Source: Perna viridis
Taxonomy: Eukaryota
Reading direction: 5' to 3'
NCBI GenBank assembly: GCA_037379345.1
Contig: CM074518.1
Location: 19,716,001-19,780,000, forward strand
Length of the DNA stretch: 64,000 bases
Made by a program: the position numbers and the translations under genes. Positions 61,630 to 64,000 of this stretch are shown one piece after another. Position 1 is the first letter of the stretch. The number at the start of each line of letters is the position of its first letter. The notes beneath the pieces are model-generated. The model did not search any database. It had not been told where the DNA came from and saw only the letters and a list, made by a program, of their open reading frames with translations.

Positions 61630-61875
61630 TTTTTCTTTTTCATCTACCCCGGACTTGACTTTTTATGACTTACTAGGGTGATTCTAGAAAAGCAGAGAAC
61701 GCTTACCCTACCGGTGCTACTGGTCCATGCTCCTCCTTTTTTAAGTGAAGTCCGATTTGCTCATTTACTTACTTTACTTTGTATTTATAATTTTGGTTAT
61801 TTTTGTTCTTTGTTATGTTTTCTATGTCGGGCCTTTGTCCCAGCATTTTTTTATGGTTCCGTTGATTACTCTCCC
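61630..61875 (+). mobile_element. PLE family A 3' end fragment (opposite orientation)
   Basis: CTACCCCGGACTTGACTTTTTATG...GCTTACCCTACCGGTGC..GGTCCATGCTCC...GATTACTCT. Confidence 0.78.
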
Positions 61876-64000
61876 AAAAAGGATGTGATTAACTTTTTGC
61901 ATATATATTTGTTTTACTCACACCTCTAAAGCCGTTTTCCTAAATTATTGATAGCAAATCACGTACCAGAACATGTTTTGTACAAAAAGGATGTTTAATA
62001 TGTAAAGTTAAGGGAGATAATACATAACTATAAAACAAGGTAAATGGTAAAATACAGACAGGAAAATAGGCGCGGATCTATGGTTGGTATTTCACATTTA
62101 AAGTTGTTATCGGGGGTTTTGTGTTAATATTTTTTTTTATTAAACTCACGTCTTGTGGGAGGGGAGTTGCATGACGGACCGTAGGACAGCTTAAATCTGT
62201 CAGCGTTTTTAGTAGCTCCACTGAGCTTCATCATCAAAATCACTACAGAGATCTTTTGAATTATCTCTGGGGAATCACTGACGGCCTACTTCCTAATATA
62301 TCATCTAGCTCTTCATAAATGTGCAGGTGGTGTGCCCTTGTGTACTGCATTCTTGAAAATCACTCTTCAAGAGGGTCATACATCATCCATGAGAAGTGAT
62401 AAAATGTATTGCCCCCATTTGTATTTTGCATATAATAATCTATAGAAATTGAACTAGTAAGGCGATATTTGTGTTTTATCAAGATGCAAGGTAAGCATAC
62501 ACATGTAGAGCTTGTATTTGGGACAATCTTGAATTCGAGGAGTTATCTTTGCTTGTTTTATCAACACTTTCAGAGAGTAATGAATGATGTTAGACTTTAA
62601 CCGTCCTATATAGATACGAATAGTTATATAGTTGAGAAACGTTGTTTATTGTGTGACAGGTGAGTTTACTTTACCGTACACTAATGATTTATATGCATTT
62701 AAAATTAAATGCTTCATAAACACTCACTCAATATTTAGATTTTCTTTGGATATACTTACTTGTCTCAAACACTTGAAATGCGTTTTAAATGAGAAACATT
62801 GCAAGAAAATATCAAAACCCGAAACGAACTATCGACGATGCAACCTCGACTCAACTACAGCTAAGATATATTTTATCACATTTTACGACACAGTCGGAAT
62901 AGACCATTTACCTGTTTTTCGATACGCCGAATACTGATTGAAATTGCGTGTCATTTGTTATTTCCTTGTGAAATGTAGAAAATTATAAGTAAAAAGAACA
63001 AATTTTACTGCGTGGGCTACCTGTTTTTAAGATAGTATATACTTTCTTAAAAATAAACTCTTCGATAACACGAAGTCTGAGATCACCTCGTAATAACTAC
63101 TCTTTTACTCTAGTAAGATTTCCAGGTAACCTCATTCCTCCAAGTTACAAATACAAATATATCGGGAAAAAAATGAGACTCTGCGTATTTCATTTTGGCC
63201 ACTTGTAACTTGTTAATGCAAGTTAAGAGACAATTTATAAACAATATTTAACAAGCTAGCTTCCGTCTGAGAATACAGGTTCATCTAGTCATTTGATACG
63301 AGAGTTATGTCTTTTAAAATTTAAATGTGTCCATACTCGCATTTTTGTCAGTTGTCCTGTCAAATGTTTATCCGTGGATTATTTTCTTTTGATTTCTACT
63401 TGACCTATAGTTCCCTTGTTTACTTTATTTCATCTGAGGCAAAATCTTTTCAGCACCTGGTATCGAGTTATTTGTATAACAAATCCTACATTATGTCAGA
63501 GAGTGAAACTATTAAAACAAAACGAAAGTAGACCTATTCTTATTCCTATACACAGAACTAGAGATTCTTGGATTGGGACTTGTTAAATAATATATTTTGT
63601 TTGCAAAACATCAATAACGTTGTTTCACAAGCCCATTCTTTGTGAAATATAATATTGTCGACGAAAAACATCAAAAAGCTTTTATTTTTGCTTAATGAGA
63701 AGCAACAATATGTCCCGATCTCCAAAAAAAAATAAGTATAAAAATTTGTTTTTGTGTAATGTTTTAATTTTCTTTTCAGATGTGTTTATAAGTCATAAAC
63801 ATTGAAGAACGCTTAACCGAAAAACATAAGAAAACGTTAAATCCGTCTAAAACCATATTTACCATATGCTAGAAAAAGCTGGTTGGTACATTGTATAATG
63901 TTTAGCAAATCTGTCTTTGAACCTTTCCACATAGCTTTGTACAAATAAAAAAAACAAACAATACCCCAAAAGTAATGATAAAAAAGATCAAACATCTAAA

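Noticed and set aside
62460-63890. Possible exons of a host gene (acceptor TTTTCAG at ~63779, donors near 62490 and 63278)
   Set aside because: There are in-frame stops and no recognisable domain, so it cannot be supported.

Overview
AT-rich eukaryotic (animal) genomic DNA. The repeat families and the PAN+F-type lectin gene suggest a bivalve mollusc, possibly a mytilid (inference). There are no prokaryotic features, CRISPR arrays, tRNA or rRNA. Almost all ORFs in the supplied track are spurious or are fragments of decayed transposons. Contents from left to right: a ~145-bp satellite; a decayed spliced DUF6589/Academ-like transposase gene (-); a DIRS1-type tyrosine-recombinase retrotransposon with intact ITRs and ICR but a deleted RT; a DZIP3-like HEPN pseudogene with a duplicated terminal exon; two CR1-type LINE relics; three copies of a structured non-tRNA SINE-like element; a 3-exon PAN/apple + fucolectin gene (-) with a frameshift; a ~14-kb interstitial degenerate (TTAGGG)n array; a CAC..GTG MITE; a second Penelope-like element (PLE) with hammerhead-like motifs; and an RTE LINE relic. 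The most unusual feature is the telomere-like array. It contains three homologous PLE-derived cassettes, two strand-switch (fold-back/fusion-like) points, and a ~20-nt PLE-derived scar built into the repeat unit. Together these suggest a fossil of chromosome breakage, telomere healing and amplification.
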